From an uncultured delta proteobacterium (GTDB lineage: Bacteria > Desulfobacterota > Syntrophorhabdia > Syntrophorhabdales > WCHB1-27): a stretch of 64,000 nucleotides of DNA. Below are positions 18,316 to 28,148 of the stretch, in pieces (position 1 is the first letter of the stretch; each line of letters opens with the position of its first letter). Made by a program: the position numbers and the translations under genes. The stretch is from contig CAWGRP010000007.1 of assembly GCA_963825005.1 (NCBI GenBank), positions 104,045 to 168,044 on the forward strand, read 5' to 3'. The notes beneath the pieces are model-generated. The model ran no database searches. It saw nothing but the letters and a program-made list of their open reading frames with translations, and was not told where the DNA came from.

Positions 18316-18774
18316 TCATGGACCTGAGATTTTTAGCGGCGTTCGTGGAGGCAGAAAGCAGCTACGATTTTTGTCCTGCGAGCGGTACCGTTTCAGCTCC
18401 GCTTTGAGCCAGTCACCGCTGAGGACAGGTCCTGCGTCGCCGCATTTGATCTGATACGGCTTGCCGCTCATGCTGCTTACGGATCCCGCGCGCTCGATCA
18501 CATCCTCAGTACAGCTCACCTGTCCTTTCTTGCACAGGTACCGGTACTTCAGTTCGAGATGAGAACGCGCCTGATGGGCGTCATGCCAGCTGCCGTTCCT
18601 GTAGAACTGACAACCGGAATTCTCGACGTAATCGAAGAGGTGAGTAACCTCGGATTGGACCACGGGAGGCGGATCTGCTGCAAAGGCTCCGGAGAAAAAA
18701 AGCACACCCAGCAGCGAACCGAAAACCAGCAATACAGCTTTTGTTGATCGATTGACTCTCATACTATACTCCAT
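18316..18774 (-). CDS. secreted DUF5329-like protein
   Basis: Signal peptide, then LFDYVENSGCQFYRNGSWHDAHQARSHLELKYRYL...SGKPYQIKC, which I recall as the DUF5329 pattern. The C-terminal ~20 aa look atypical. Confidence 0.6.
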   Translation of the reverse strand: MEYSMRVNRSTKAVLLVFGSLLGVLFFSGAFAADPPPVVQSEVTHLFDYVENSGCQFYRNGSWHDAHQARSHLELKYRYLCKKGQVSCTEDVIERAGSVSSMSGKPYQIKCGDAGPVLSGDWLKAELKRYRSQDKNRSCFLPPRTPLKISGP

Positions 18775-18909
18775 ACTGATTTCTTGAAGTAATAGTATAA
18801 ACCGGAAGCCATTCTATAGCAAGCAGGCCGGTTTCCTTCCAGCGTAAATTAGCGTATACTAATCGGGCTGCTAATTTTGGTCCACAGACTATTTTCGAGG
18901 TTTTGCTGT

Positions 18910-19704
18910 ATGAGAATCAAAGTTTTTGTGCTCCTTGTCATTACCTGGCTCTGTGTCTTTCCCCTGGCTGCCAGGGGAGAGTATGAGCCTTTCGCCATCA
19001 TGAGCGACAGTCACGTGGGAATGGCCAATTCAGTCTATGCCACGTTCATTCGTGCGATAGAGGAACAGAATATCCATATCATAATCCACACCGGTGACGC
19101 GATCCACAAGCCGGGAAATGCCGACCTGTGGGCCAGATTCCTGGAGATCACCGGGCCGGGCAAGACGCTCTATCTCGCGCCCGGCAACCACGACATACGC
19201 GGCGAAGAATCGTTCGCGGTCTATCTCACCTTTTTTCCCAAGCCGTATTATTCTGTCAGCGACGGCGACACGCTCTTTCTTTTTCTGAATACGGAACTGC
19301 CGGGTGAGGAACACAGGATAACAGGCGAGCAGGCTTTATGGTTGGAAACCGAGCTGCAGCAGCCCTTCAGGTACAAGTTCGTCTTCATGCATGAACCGCT
19401 CTATCCCGTCGTTCCGTTTCACGGCCTCGACCGGCACAAGAAGGCAAGGGATGCGCTTCACGCTCTTTTTGTCAGAAGCGGCGTCTCTCTCGTTGTTGCC
19501 GGTCACGATCATATCTACAAACGCAGCCAGAAGGACGGTATCACGTATGTGGTCGCGGGCGCGCAGGGAGGCCGGCTTTATTTCCTGGCGAAGAATGGTG
19601 AATTCTTCGATTACACGACTGCAATGAGAATAGATGATCACTACTTCTTCATTGTAAGGGACATCGAAGGGCAGACCAAGGACGAGTTCACTGTAGGCAG
19701 GTGA
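18910..19704 (+). CDS. calcineurin-like metallophosphoesterase, secreted
   Basis: Motifs DSHVG, GDAIHKPGN, GNHD, HEP and GHDH. ATG 18910 (MRIKVFVLL... signal peptide) is preferred over TTG 18877. Confidence 0.85.
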   Translation: MRIKVFVLLVITWLCVFPLAARGEYEPFAIMSDSHVGMANSVYATFIRAIEEQNIHIIIHTGDAIHKPGNADLWARFLEITGPGKTLYLAPGNHDIRGEESFAVYLTFFPKPYYSVSDGDTLFLFLNTELPGEEHRITGEQALWLETELQQPFRYKFVFMHEPLYPVVPFHGLDRHKKARDALHALFVRSGVSLVVAGHDHIYKRSQKDGITYVVAGAQGGRLYFLAKNGEFFDYTTAMRIDDHYFFIVRDIEGQTKDEFTVGR

Positions 19705-19761
19705 ACACACTGTTTTTGTGCTGATTACCGTTCCTACAATTTACTAAAGAAGAGGTGGAAT

Positions 19762-20751
19762 ATGCATCGTGGCAATCCTGGAAGTATGGTATTGAGCATC
19801 TTAGCGCTCGTTCTCGCACTCCTATGCGCGGCTCCGTCAGTGCAGGGCGCCGCAGATCTGATACCGATCTACACGCCGCCGGCAGGAGGCGTGGTGTACG
19901 TGCTCGGCGCCGGCTTTGCAACGGTTGCCAATAAATATCTTCCCGAAGCCAATTACGTTCATGAGGCGACGACCGGCACCATGGAGATGGTCAGACGCCT
20001 GAAACAGAAAGAGGCCCAGAAAAGACCTGCCTTCGCTCTTTTCGCCACGCCGGATGCGCCTCGTGCGTACAAGGGCGAGGGAGAATACGGCGGCAAACCT
20101 TTTACCGCTCTTCGGGAAGTGGCGTACGTCAACAGTTCGGATATCTATTTTGTTGTTCCCGCCAACTCGCCGATCAAATCGTACGCGGACGTGAAGGGTA
20201 AGCGCATCGGCGTCGGCAGTGCGGGCAGCACAATCTCGAACAGCGCTTTCTTCTTTTTCGAACAGCACGGCATTAAGAAAACCGACTTTAAAGTCGGCTT
20301 ATACAATTACAAGGAAGTTGTCGAGGGAATACAGAATGGAAGCCTCGACGGCGGTTTCCTCGGCGGCTCTTACCCTATGCCGGCTTACACGGAGCTCTCA
20401 CTCCAGCATGATGTGCGCATCGTGCCCGTCGATGAAAAAATTCTGCAGAAGGTCACCGCAGCCTATCCTTACTACTATCGCACGGTGATCAAAGCAAAAT
20501 CCTACAAGGGCCTTGAGACCGACACGCCGATCTACGGCTTCACCACAACCTTCTGGACTCACGCCGGTGTCAGTTCGGAACAGGTGTACGCCTTCCTGAA
20601 AAACCTCTACGAGCACAGGGAGGACATCTACAGCATCCACAAAGCCGCGCAGAAAGAGTTCGTACTGGAAAGACTGGCGACGCCTTCTTCCATTCCTTTC
20701 CATCCGGGCGCTGAGAAATATCTGAAAGAGATCGGCGCAATGAAGAAATAG
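19762..20751 (+). CDS. TAXI-family TRAP transporter solute-binding protein
   Basis: Signal peptide; IYTPPAGGVVYVLGAGFATVANKYL resembles the TAXI (immunogenic-protein type) N-terminal signature. Followed by a fused TRAP permease. Confidence 0.8.
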   Translation: MHRGNPGSMVLSILALVLALLCAAPSVQGAADLIPIYTPPAGGVVYVLGAGFATVANKYLPEANYVHEATTGTMEMVRRLKQKEAQKRPAFALFATPDAPRAYKGEGEYGGKPFTALREVAYVNSSDIYFVVPANSPIKSYADVKGKRIGVGSAGSTISNSAFFFFEQHGIKKTDFKVGLYNYKEVVEGIQNGSLDGGFLGGSYPMPAYTELSLQHDVRIVPVDEKILQKVTAAYPYYYRTVIKAKSYKGLETDTPIYGFTTTFWTHAGVSSEQVYAFLKNLYEHREDIYSIHKAAQKEFVLERLATPSSIPFHPGAEKYLKEIGAMKK

Positions 20752-20785
20752 AAACTGCCGTTTCGCCCGGCGCACGAAAGGAAAT

Positions 20786-22711
20786 ATGCAAACCCCATCC
20801 TTAACAACCCGTCGCGTTCTCATTGCGGTATTTGCCGTGGCCATGGCCCTCTTTCATATATTGACCGCGGGCATCAGGCCTTTACCGGGCGTGCAGCAGC
20901 GCACCGTGCACCTTTCCTTCGCCCTTTCACTTATTTTTCTCATGTTCCCGTTCAGAACCAAAACCGACGAATCGCAGGACACAAAAGTCTCAGATGAATA
21001 CCGCCCCCTTTCTCTTGTTGATATCGCTCTCATCGGCCTCTCCATTTTCATCGGGGTGTACGTCTTCATTGAGTATGAAGCGCTGAGCTATCGAGCGGGG
21101 GAGCCGAACTTTCTCGACTCTGCGTGCAGCCTCGTTGCCATCCTGCTTTTGCTCGAAGCGACGCGGCGCGTGATAGGCTGGTCTGTCGTGATCATCTGCA
21201 TGTTCTGCTTCCTGTACCTCGGCATTGGCTCGCATCTGCCAAAAGTCATCGCTCATTCGGGATTCGGTTTTGAAGAGGTGATAAACTACCTATTCTTCAG
21301 TACCGAGGCGATTCTCGGCTCACCCCTGGGTGTCTCTTCCACGGTCATCATCGTCTTTATTATTTTCGGCTCCTTTCTCACCGTATCGGGTGCAGGACCG
21401 CTCTTTATCGACGTAGGGCTCTCGCTTTTCGGAAGGTTTCGCGGAGGACCTGCGAAGGCCGCGATCATGGGGAGCTGCATGTTCGGCATGATTACGGGAA
21501 GTCAGGTGGCAAGCGTCACCGCCGCCGGAGTCGTCACCATACCGCTCATGAAGCGTGCCGGATACCAGCCCATTGTCGCGGCGACCATCGAAGCACTCGC
21601 ATCCACGGGCGGCATGCTCCTGCCGCCGGTCATGGGCGCCACAGCTTTCATCATTCCTGAGATGATCGGCGGCAGTTACTGGGACGTCTGCAGGGCCGCG
21701 CTCATCCCGGGCCTTCTCTTCTATGTCTCGGTATATATGATAATCGAGCTTCAGGCCGCAAAATTCGGGCTGCGAGGGCTCCCCAAAGAGCAGATACCCC
21801 GGTTTTTAGATGTTACGCTTAAACGGGGCTATATGGTCATCCCCATCCTTGTCCTGATTTTCAGTATCGTCCAATTGGGCTTCTCCACATCGAAAGCAGG
21901 CTTCTGGGCGATTATATCCTGCATTGTGATCAGTATGGTGCGTAAAGAGACCATGATGACGCCGAAGAAGATATTCACCGCTATGGAGCGTGGCGCCAAG
22001 GGAAGTCTCATTGTTGCGATCTGCTGCGCCTCGGCCGGGATTATTACCGGCACCATCGATTTTACGGGTATCGGCATGCGCTTTTCGAATGTGCTGCTCA
22101 TGGTTGCCGGCGGCAATGTGCTCCTTCTCCTTTTCCTCACGATGATAGCCTCCCTTATCCTCGGCCTTCCCTTGCCGCCTGTCACCTGCTATCTGATCCT
22201 CGCCGTGCTCGCAGCACCGGCACTGGTAAAAGCGGGTGTTACTCCCATGGCAGCGCATCTTTTCGTTTTCTTCTTCGGGGTGCTCGGAAGTATCAGCCCT
22301 CCGGTTGCACCCGTTTCCTTTGCTGCGGCGGGATTGGCGGGAACGGACCCGGTCAAGACCACGAACCGTACTTTTCTCTATTCGCTGCCTTCTTTTCTCG
22401 TGCCCTACCTCTACGTGTATGCAAATGAACTCTTGCTCATGGGTTCGCCCGTGATGATGGCCTTCAGAATTGCCACGGCCTTTGTGGGTTTAAGCTGCAT
22501 GGCCGTGACGTTCCACGGGTATCTCTTCAGATCGGTAGGCTGGCCCGAGCGCCTGCTTTTTTTGATCGGAGGCTTCGCCCTGGTCTATCCGGGTTACGTT
22601 TCAACGGGTGTCGGCGCGGTGCTTCTGGCTATACTGGTAGCGCGGCAGGTCCTTAAAATGAAAACTGAAGGACCGGCTCAATTCAGGGCAGGGAGCCAGA
22701 CTCCAGCCTGA
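20786..22711 (+). CDS. TRAP transporter fused permease (TAXI-associated DctQM fusion)
   Basis: 641-aa polytopic membrane protein of the size and composition of fused 4TM/12TM TRAP permeases, immediately downstream of the TAXI binding protein. Confidence 0.8.
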   Translation: MQTPSLTTRRVLIAVFAVAMALFHILTAGIRPLPGVQQRTVHLSFALSLIFLMFPFRTKTDESQDTKVSDEYRPLSLVDIALIGLSIFIGVYVFIEYEALSYRAGEPNFLDSACSLVAILLLLEATRRVIGWSVVIICMFCFLYLGIGSHLPKVIAHSGFGFEEVINYLFFSTEAILGSPLGVSSTVIIVFIIFGSFLTVSGAGPLFIDVGLSLFGRFRGGPAKAAIMGSCMFGMITGSQVASVTAAGVVTIPLMKRAGYQPIVAATIEALASTGGMLLPPVMGATAFIIPEMIGGSYWDVCRAALIPGLLFYVSVYMIIELQAAKFGLRGLPKEQIPRFLDVTLKRGYMVIPILVLIFSIVQLGFSTSKAGFWAIISCIVISMVRKETMMTPKKIFTAMERGAKGSLIVAICCASAGIITGTIDFTGIGMRFSNVLLMVAGGNVLLLLFLTMIASLILGLPLPPVTCYLILAVLAAPALVKAGVTPMAAHLFVFFFGVLGSISPPVAPVSFAAAGLAGTDPVKTTNRTFLYSLPSFLVPYLYVYANELLLMGSPVMMAFRIATAFVGLSCMAVTFHGYLFRSVGWPERLLFLIGGFALVYPGYVSTGVGAVLLAILVARQVLKMKTEGPAQFRAGSQTPA

Positions 22712-24090
22712 TGCACCGTTATCTTGTGTTCATCATTTCGGGCTTTGCCCTTCTCATGTACTCGATTGACGGCACGGTCGTGGCCGTGGCTTTTCCCAGC
22801 ATTATTAAAGATCTCCATACGAGTGTTCTCTGGGCAGCGTGGACCATATCGATTTTTTATATTGCGGTCAGTCTGGCCATGCCGCTGGCGGGAAGCCTGT
22901 GCGACAGCTTCGGTCGCAAGAAGGTTTTTGTCATTTCGCTCGTGGTCTTTACGGCCAGTTCCCTCGCCTGCGGCTTTTCGCCCAACATCTATTGCCTGAT
23001 CCTGTTCAGGTTTCTTCAGGGCATTGGAGGAGCGAGCTTTCTCCCGACTGCATCCGGCATCGTGAGCGACTATTTTCCGGAGAACAGGGAAAGGGTCATC
23101 GGTCTCTTCAGCAGCATTTTCCCCATAGGGGCGATTATCGGGCCAAATCTGGGAGGATGGATTGTGAGTCTTTACTCCTGGCGTTATGTCTTCTATATCA
23201 ACCTGCCTATCGGCATCGGCCTGATCGTCCTGAGTCTCGCGCTCCTCAAAGACACCGGGGTCTTCGCGCGCCGGCGCATGGATTTCAAAGGCGTTTCTCT
23301 TTTCAGCGGGACCACGCTTTTTCTCATGTTCGGCCTGAATCTCATCGCAGAAAGAGTTTCTATCGTCTCTTTCTTCTTCGCAGCACTCTTTCTGGCGCTC
23401 AGCGCTGCTTTCGCTTTACTCTTTCTGCGTCAGGAGAAGAAGGAGCCTCATCCCATGCTCGATATCGCCTTGCTCCAATCAAGACCATTTCTCGCAGCGA
23501 ATCTGATGAATCTTGTTATCGGCATGGCGATTATGGGAATTCTCCCCCTCATACCGTTCTACGCAACCTCCGTGCATGGCCTCTCAACATTAATGAGCGG
23601 CGTGATACTGACGCCGCAGGCGGCCGCCGCCAGTGTTGTTTCAGCGATCACCAGTTTCCTGCTCAGGAAGTGGGGCTATCGTCTGCCCATGGTGTGGGGC
23701 TTCGGTATCACCGCCGGAGCAACGGTACTGCTTGCGCCGGGACTCTTTTTTTCGAAGATGATGAGTTTTGGTTTGAGTAGCGCAGCACTCCTCTCATTAC
23801 TGCTTATGTGCTCCGGTATCGGCATGGGCCTGGCATTTCCCGCTGCCAACAACGCCTGCATCGAGTTGATGCCCGGGAGAATAGGAACGATCGTGGGCTT
23901 ACGCAATATGTTTCGAACGGTTGGAGGAGCTATAGGCATATCGATCATTACCGTCATCCTTCACATGAGCGGCACAATCGGCGCAGGCTTCAGGATTATC
24001 TTCATTGCATTCGGGATGATGCTTATCGTGTCGCTTCCGCTTGCCTTTCTGATGCCCGCCGGAAAGGGAGCGTGGGAACGCGAGCAATGA
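22711..24090 (+). CDS. MFS transporter, DHA2/EmrB-like (14 TMS)
   Basis: 459 aa; MFS motif A-like GSLCDSFGRKKVF. ATG shares its A with the upstream TGA (TGATG). Confidence 0.85.
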   Translation: MHRYLVFIISGFALLMYSIDGTVVAVAFPSIIKDLHTSVLWAAWTISIFYIAVSLAMPLAGSLCDSFGRKKVFVISLVVFTASSLACGFSPNIYCLILFRFLQGIGGASFLPTASGIVSDYFPENRERVIGLFSSIFPIGAIIGPNLGGWIVSLYSWRYVFYINLPIGIGLIVLSLALLKDTGVFARRRMDFKGVSLFSGTTLFLMFGLNLIAERVSIVSFFFAALFLALSAAFALLFLRQEKKEPHPMLDIALLQSRPFLAANLMNLVIGMAIMGILPLIPFYATSVHGLSTLMSGVILTPQAAAASVVSAITSFLLRKWGYRLPMVWGFGITAGATVLLAPGLFFSKMMSFGLSSAALLSLLLMCSGIGMGLAFPAANNACIELMPGRIGTIVGLRNMFRTVGGAIGISIITVILHMSGTIGAGFRIIFIAFGMMLIVSLPLAFLMPAGKGAWEREQ

Positions 24091-24111
24091 CCGGCTGAAC
24101 CGTTCGTCCTG

Positions 24112-25086
24112 CTACTTTTTCCGCAAGCCTACTTTCACGGCAATGTCGTAAGCCCTCTTATATTCTTCTTCCTGCAGCTTCATGGTTTCTGCCGGAGTTT
24201 TATACTCTCCGATGGAACCCATCTGGTCTATTCTTGCTTTTGTCGCCTTCACCGCTTTCTCGACCGCAGGGATCAGAACTTTTCTCACATCCTCCGGGAT
24301 GCCTGCAGGGGCGTACATGGCGTACCAGGTACCGGGGAGTGTCTCGTTCTTGTATCCCACCTCGGCTATCGTCGGTATACCGGGAGCGAAGGGCAGTTTT
24401 TTGGAGATGAGCAGGATCTTCAACTTTCCGGCGTCTGTGTGGGGTTTGAACTTGGCGTATCCATCGCAGCAGACTTCCACGTGATTGCCGAGAAGAGCCG
24501 TTATGACTGATTCGCCTCCCTCAAAAGGGACATGGGTAAACTTTGCGCCGGTAATATCCTGGATCATCTCGAGCATGATGTGCGGCGTGGATGAGACACC
24601 GACGGTGCTGACGCGAAGCTTCCCGGGATTCTTCCTGGCATAATCGATGAGCTCGGTGAAACTGTTCCACGGCGCGTCAGACTTCACGGCTATACCCTGA
24701 GGGAACCAATAGTGAAACCCTAGCGGCTCCAGATCCTTGAAAGCATTGTAGTGAACGATGTCGGGGCTGGTGATGGGTGCGTAGATGATCGCTGACGCGC
24801 TTGAATAGAGAAGCGTATAACCGTCCTTCTTCGATCGTACCGCCGCGTCAGTACCTAAGACCGAAGCCGCGCCCGGCTTATTGTTGGGGATGATCTTCAC
24901 GCCGAGGCTCTTCTGCATCTCCTCGATCAGGAGTCGTGCGGTGATATCTCCCGTAGCCCCCGCCACATAAGGAATAATCATCTGGATGTTGTGATCGGGG
25001 TACCCCGCGCAATAGGCAGGCGGGGCAATCACGACCAGACTTACAGCAATGAGTAGAACCAACAAACGTAGCCGAGATATTCTCAT
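24112..25086 (-). CDS. tctC: Bug/TctC-family tripartite tricarboxylate transporter substrate-binding protein
   Basis: Signal peptide MRISRLRLLVLLIAVSLVVIA, NNKPGAASVLGTDAAVRSKKDGYTLL. ATG 25086 is preceded by AAAGGAG. Confidence 0.85.
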   Translation of the reverse strand: MRISRLRLLVLLIAVSLVVIAPPAYCAGYPDHNIQMIIPYVAGATGDITARLLIEEMQKSLGVKIIPNNKPGAASVLGTDAAVRSKKDGYTLLYSSASAIIYAPITSPDIVHYNAFKDLEPLGFHYWFPQGIAVKSDAPWNSFTELIDYARKNPGKLRVSTVGVSSTPHIMLEMIQDITGAKFTHVPFEGGESVITALLGNHVEVCCDGYAKFKPHTDAGKLKILLISKKLPFAPGIPTIAEVGYKNETLPGTWYAMYAPAGIPEDVRKVLIPAVEKAVKATKARIDQMGSIGEYKTPAETMKLQEEEYKRAYDIAVKVGLRKK

Positions 25087-25104
25087 ATGTTTTCTCCTTT
25101 TTCT

Positions 25105-25190
25105 CTCTTCCATCTTCCTAGTCCGCCGCGGCGGACGATCTTCCCTCTTCCTAGCCCTCCAGGTACCCGTACGGGTGGAAGCGGTCTGAG
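25105..25190 (+). repeat. family-C repeat, copy C1 (CTTCCTAG-hairpin module)
   Basis: The sequence is TCTTCCATCTTCCTAG-GTCCGCCGCGGCGGAC-GATCTTCCCTCTTCCTAGC-(ACCCGTACGGGT hairpin)-GGAAGCGGTCTGAG. It matches the reverse complement of 38049..38110 apart from the hairpin sequences. Confidence 0.75.
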
Positions 25191-25194
25191 TTCT

Positions 25195-25635
25195 CTACGC
25201 TTCATCGTCCTCCAGCGCTATTTCCGGCTCGCCTGATTTTATCTGCTTCCAGACGCCGCGCCCGATGGAAAGAAATCCGAGCAGCATGAAGACGAGGGCG
25301 ATAGGCCTCGTAAAGAAGATGAGAGGCGAACCCTGTGAGATGAGCAAAGACTGCTGCAGGGACGTCTCCAGCATCTGGGCAAGCACGCTGGCAAGGACGA
25401 GCGGCGCTATAGGAAAACCGAGTTTGCGCATCACGTACCCGACAACGCCGAATATCAGCGCAACCCAGACGTCGAACATCATGAAGCGTATCGAGTAAGC
25501 GCCGATCACCGAGAAAAGGATGATCAGGGGGCCGAGAATGGGAAAGGGGATCAGAGCAATGCGGGCCCACATGCCGACCAGAGGGAGATTGAGCACCAGC
25601 AGGATCACATTGCCTATGTACATGCTCGCGCTCAC
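25195..25635 (-). pseudogene. tctA: remnant of tctA (C-terminal ~146 codons of a ~500-aa tripartite tricarboxylate permease)
   Basis: The sequence GNVILLVLNLPLVGMWARI...GAYSI...FDVWVALIFGVVGYVMRKLGFPIAPLVLA..LGP-type corresponds to the last TM segments of TctA. There is no N-terminal part and no tctB upstream; 25636-25815 is a promoter region for the opposite gene. Confidence 0.65.
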
Positions 25636-25760
25636 TCATGCTCTCCCTCCTCGCCGCGAATTGCATGAGGCCGCGGATAGTCTCATGCTTTTTTTCCATT
25701 GTAGTATATCCGGAAGAGAAATTGCGAGAAATTAACGCGGTCTCCCTCACTATTTTATTA

Positions 25761-25789
25761 TTGACACGAGATCCCGTGCGCGGCAGAAT
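25761..25789 (+). promoter_or_regulatory. putative sigma70 promoter for 25816..27525
   Basis: TTGACA (25761-25766), 17-nt spacer, CAGAAT (25784-25789). AAGGAGG RBS 8 nt before the ATG. Confidence 0.4.
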
Positions 25790-25815
25790 GTGGTAAAAAG
25801 AAGGAGGCATCACCT

Positions 25816-27525
25816 ATGTTCGGTAAGAACTGGAAGACCTCGGAGCTTAAGTATAAGGTTGTGATAGAGCGCGGTGTGAAGATTCGCATGAGTGACGGCA
25901 CAGAGCTGAATGCCGATATTTTCCGGCCCGACAGCAGTGATACGTTTCCGGCTATTTTCGGATTTCATCCTTACGATCAGGCATCTCAGACAGCCCCGAT
26001 AACCATCAATTCCCTCTCAACGAACTTTTTCAAGCTTCCCGGGCAGGAGAAGGGAAATGCTTTCATCGAAGCAGGCGATCCCAACGCTTACGTGCGGCGA
26101 GGCTACGTTTACGTGATCGCGAGTATTCGGGGAACGGGAAAGTCCGCAGGAGAGTACCCATTCCTTGGCAAGCCGGAGGCCCAGGACGGTTACGACGTTA
26201 TAGAATGGATCGCCCGGCAGCCCTGGTGCACAGGCAACGTTGGCATGTTCGGCGTTTCCTACTTCGGATGGATTCAACAGTACATTGCGGCTTTGAATCC
26301 TCCTCATCTCAAATGCTTCTTCGGGCCGTGGGCAGCGACAGACGCGTACCGTGATTTTGTGTACCGCGGCGGCATCCTGGGACACGGATTCTGCAGGATG
26401 TGGGCTCTGGGCTCGGTTCACAATTGCAGGGTTCCAAAGTCGACGGCGAAACCGGAGGAGATCGGCAAACTGCTTCAAGACGAAGATATCAGAGGCGTGC
26501 CCGAGCTTGTACAGATTTTGAGAAATCCGGACATGTTGACGCATCCTCTCATCATTGACATTCTTAATCACCCGTACGATGGGCCGTACTGGGATGTACG
26601 CAAGGTGAACTATGAAGGCATCAAAGTGCCGGGCTACATCGGCGCATGCTGGGGCATGTACGGTCTCCATTTGAACGGGGCATTTCGCAGCTTTGAGAAT
26701 CTGAACGTGCCGAGGAAAATGATCATCGCGCCTCCGGCATATCTTGACCGGCCGCTCTATCAGCTGCAGTACGAATCGCTGCGGTGGTTTGATCACTGGC
26801 TGAAAGGCATGGATACCGGCATCATGGAGGAGGCGCCGATCAGGCTTTTTGTCATGGGCTCGAATGATTGGAAGGAAGCTAAAGAGTGGCCTTTGCCCGA
26901 GACGCGATGGACGCCCTTCTTCCTGCACGAGAACGGATTGCTGCATGAACATTTACAGCACGATGACGAAGGCTCGGACACGTTTAACGATTCTCCATGG
27001 GGCCGCGGAGCGCTGGAATATACCACGCCGCGACTGGTAGAGAATACGGAAGTGATAGGCCCCATCGTACTCAACCTCTACGCGTCGAGCACGGATACGG
27101 AGGTGCTCTGGTTCATAAGCCTTCGCGAAGTCGATCGAGAGGGCAATGAAAAGATACTGACAAGGGGCTGGCTCAGAGGGTCTCACCGCGAAATCGATCC
27201 CGAAAAGTCGAAACCGTGGGCGCCTTTCCATCCCCACACCAAATCGGATCCATTGGTTCCGGGCAACATCTATGAGTTCAAGATCCCCATTGTGCCCACG
27301 GGGAATCTTTTCAAGGCAGGCTCAAAGATCAAGCTCAAGATCAGCTGCTGCGACGATCAACCGAAAAACCCACTCGAGATGATCGCAAGCGGAAGCCTTG
27401 TGCGCCAAGCTCCGTCACGGCTCAGGGTGTATCACGATGCGGAGCATCCCTCGGTATTACTGCTTCCGGTCACGAAAGGAAACATCATAGAGACATTTAT
27501 TTCGGGCGGCGGACCGTACTGCTAA
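25816..27525 (+). CDS. CocE/NonD family (peptidase S15 / X-Pro dipeptidyl-peptidase-like) hydrolase
   Basis: 569 aa; IRGTGKSAGEY, nucleophile elbow GVSYFGW, and a C-terminal jelly-roll domain typical of the family. Confidence 0.85.
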   Translation: MFGKNWKTSELKYKVVIERGVKIRMSDGTELNADIFRPDSSDTFPAIFGFHPYDQASQTAPITINSLSTNFFKLPGQEKGNAFIEAGDPNAYVRRGYVYVIASIRGTGKSAGEYPFLGKPEAQDGYDVIEWIARQPWCTGNVGMFGVSYFGWIQQYIAALNPPHLKCFFGPWAATDAYRDFVYRGGILGHGFCRMWALGSVHNCRVPKSTAKPEEIGKLLQDEDIRGVPELVQILRNPDMLTHPLIIDILNHPYDGPYWDVRKVNYEGIKVPGYIGACWGMYGLHLNGAFRSFENLNVPRKMIIAPPAYLDRPLYQLQYESLRWFDHWLKGMDTGIMEEAPIRLFVMGSNDWKEAKEWPLPETRWTPFFLHENGLLHEHLQHDDEGSDTFNDSPWGRGALEYTTPRLVENTEVIGPIVLNLYASSTDTEVLWFISLREVDREGNEKILTRGWLRGSHREIDPEKSKPWAPFHPHTKSDPLVPGNIYEFKIPIVPTGNLFKAGSKIKLKISCCDDQPKNPLEMIASGSLVRQAPSRLRVYHDAEHPSVLLLPVTKGNIIETFISGGGPYC

Positions 27526-27733
27526 CCGAGAAGAACAGAGTTTTCAACAACAATGTTTAAAAGGCCTTCAAGAACGGTGGATGGCGGGAGCTAAGCGATT
27601 GATATTTTTAAATCAACACCATTTTGCCCATTGGTGTGGCACCGGGCGATTATGTATTTCCTTCGGTAATTAACTAAACGCTGCGGATGGACGATTATAT
27701 TTATGGAGCAGGCATACCCCCGAAGGTGACAAA

Positions 27734-28024
27734 ATGAATAGAAGGCTTTCAACGCTAAAAATCTTTTCGATTCTCTTTATCAGTCTGTTACTCATGGCTA
27801 TATCCGGGGTCCACTCATCTCTCGTCGCCGAGGACGATATCAGCGTGACCAGGGACGATGACAAGACAGTCTATTCAATTGATGGCGGAGATGACGCCAG
27901 AAGACAACAGGAAAGAGAGAGGGACCAGGCCATCGATATGCTCAAGAACATGCCTGTCATAATCGATGGCAGGAGAGGTCAACCCCTGCCGCCCAGGCCC
28001 GTGCAGCCCACACCGGGCAACTAA
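27734..28024 (+). CDS. small secreted hypothetical protein
   Basis: 96 aa with signal peptide (LKIFSILFISLLLMAISGV), acidic then Pro-rich tail. GAAGGTG RBS. Its TAA is the target duplication of repeat A4. Confidence 0.55.
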   Translation: MNRRLSTLKIFSILFISLLLMAISGVHSSLVAEDDISVTRDDDKTVYSIDGGDDARRQQERERDQAIDMLKNMPVIIDGRRGQPLPPRPVQPTPGN

Positions 28025-28148
28025 TACCGATTTGCCTTCAAGTGTATACCTTCGTTGTCGCTACGTCGCTCTCCTCGACGTACCCCAAGGTACGCCTTCG
28101 TCGGCTCCTCGCTGCCGCCTCGCTCTCCATCTTGAATGCAAATCGGTA
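28025..28148 (-). mobile_element. family-A MITE-like element, copy A4 (short subtype)
   Basis: TIRs TACCGATTTGCCTTCAAG / CTTGAATGCAAATCGGTA, flanked by TAA 28022-28024 and TAA 28149-28151. Confidence 0.85.

Noticed and set aside
26017-26952. Long ORFs that are antisense or in alternative frames inside confident genes: 26017..26952 (311 aa), 14690..15565 (291 aa), 22839..23780 (313 aa), 35338..36039 (233 aa), 59003..59728 (241 aa) and 40907..41512.
   Set aside because: All are fully contained in genes with strong family signatures on the other strand or frame. Their translations are Arg/Pro/His-rich low-complexity sequence with no recognisable motifs. They are typical shadow ORFs of GC-rich DNA.
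27560-27590. GGCCTTCAAGAACGGTGGATGG as a solo terminal repeat of family A.
   Set aside because: Only about 10 nt (CCTTCAAGA) match the element terminus. There is no adjacent internal block, so the match is compatible with chance.
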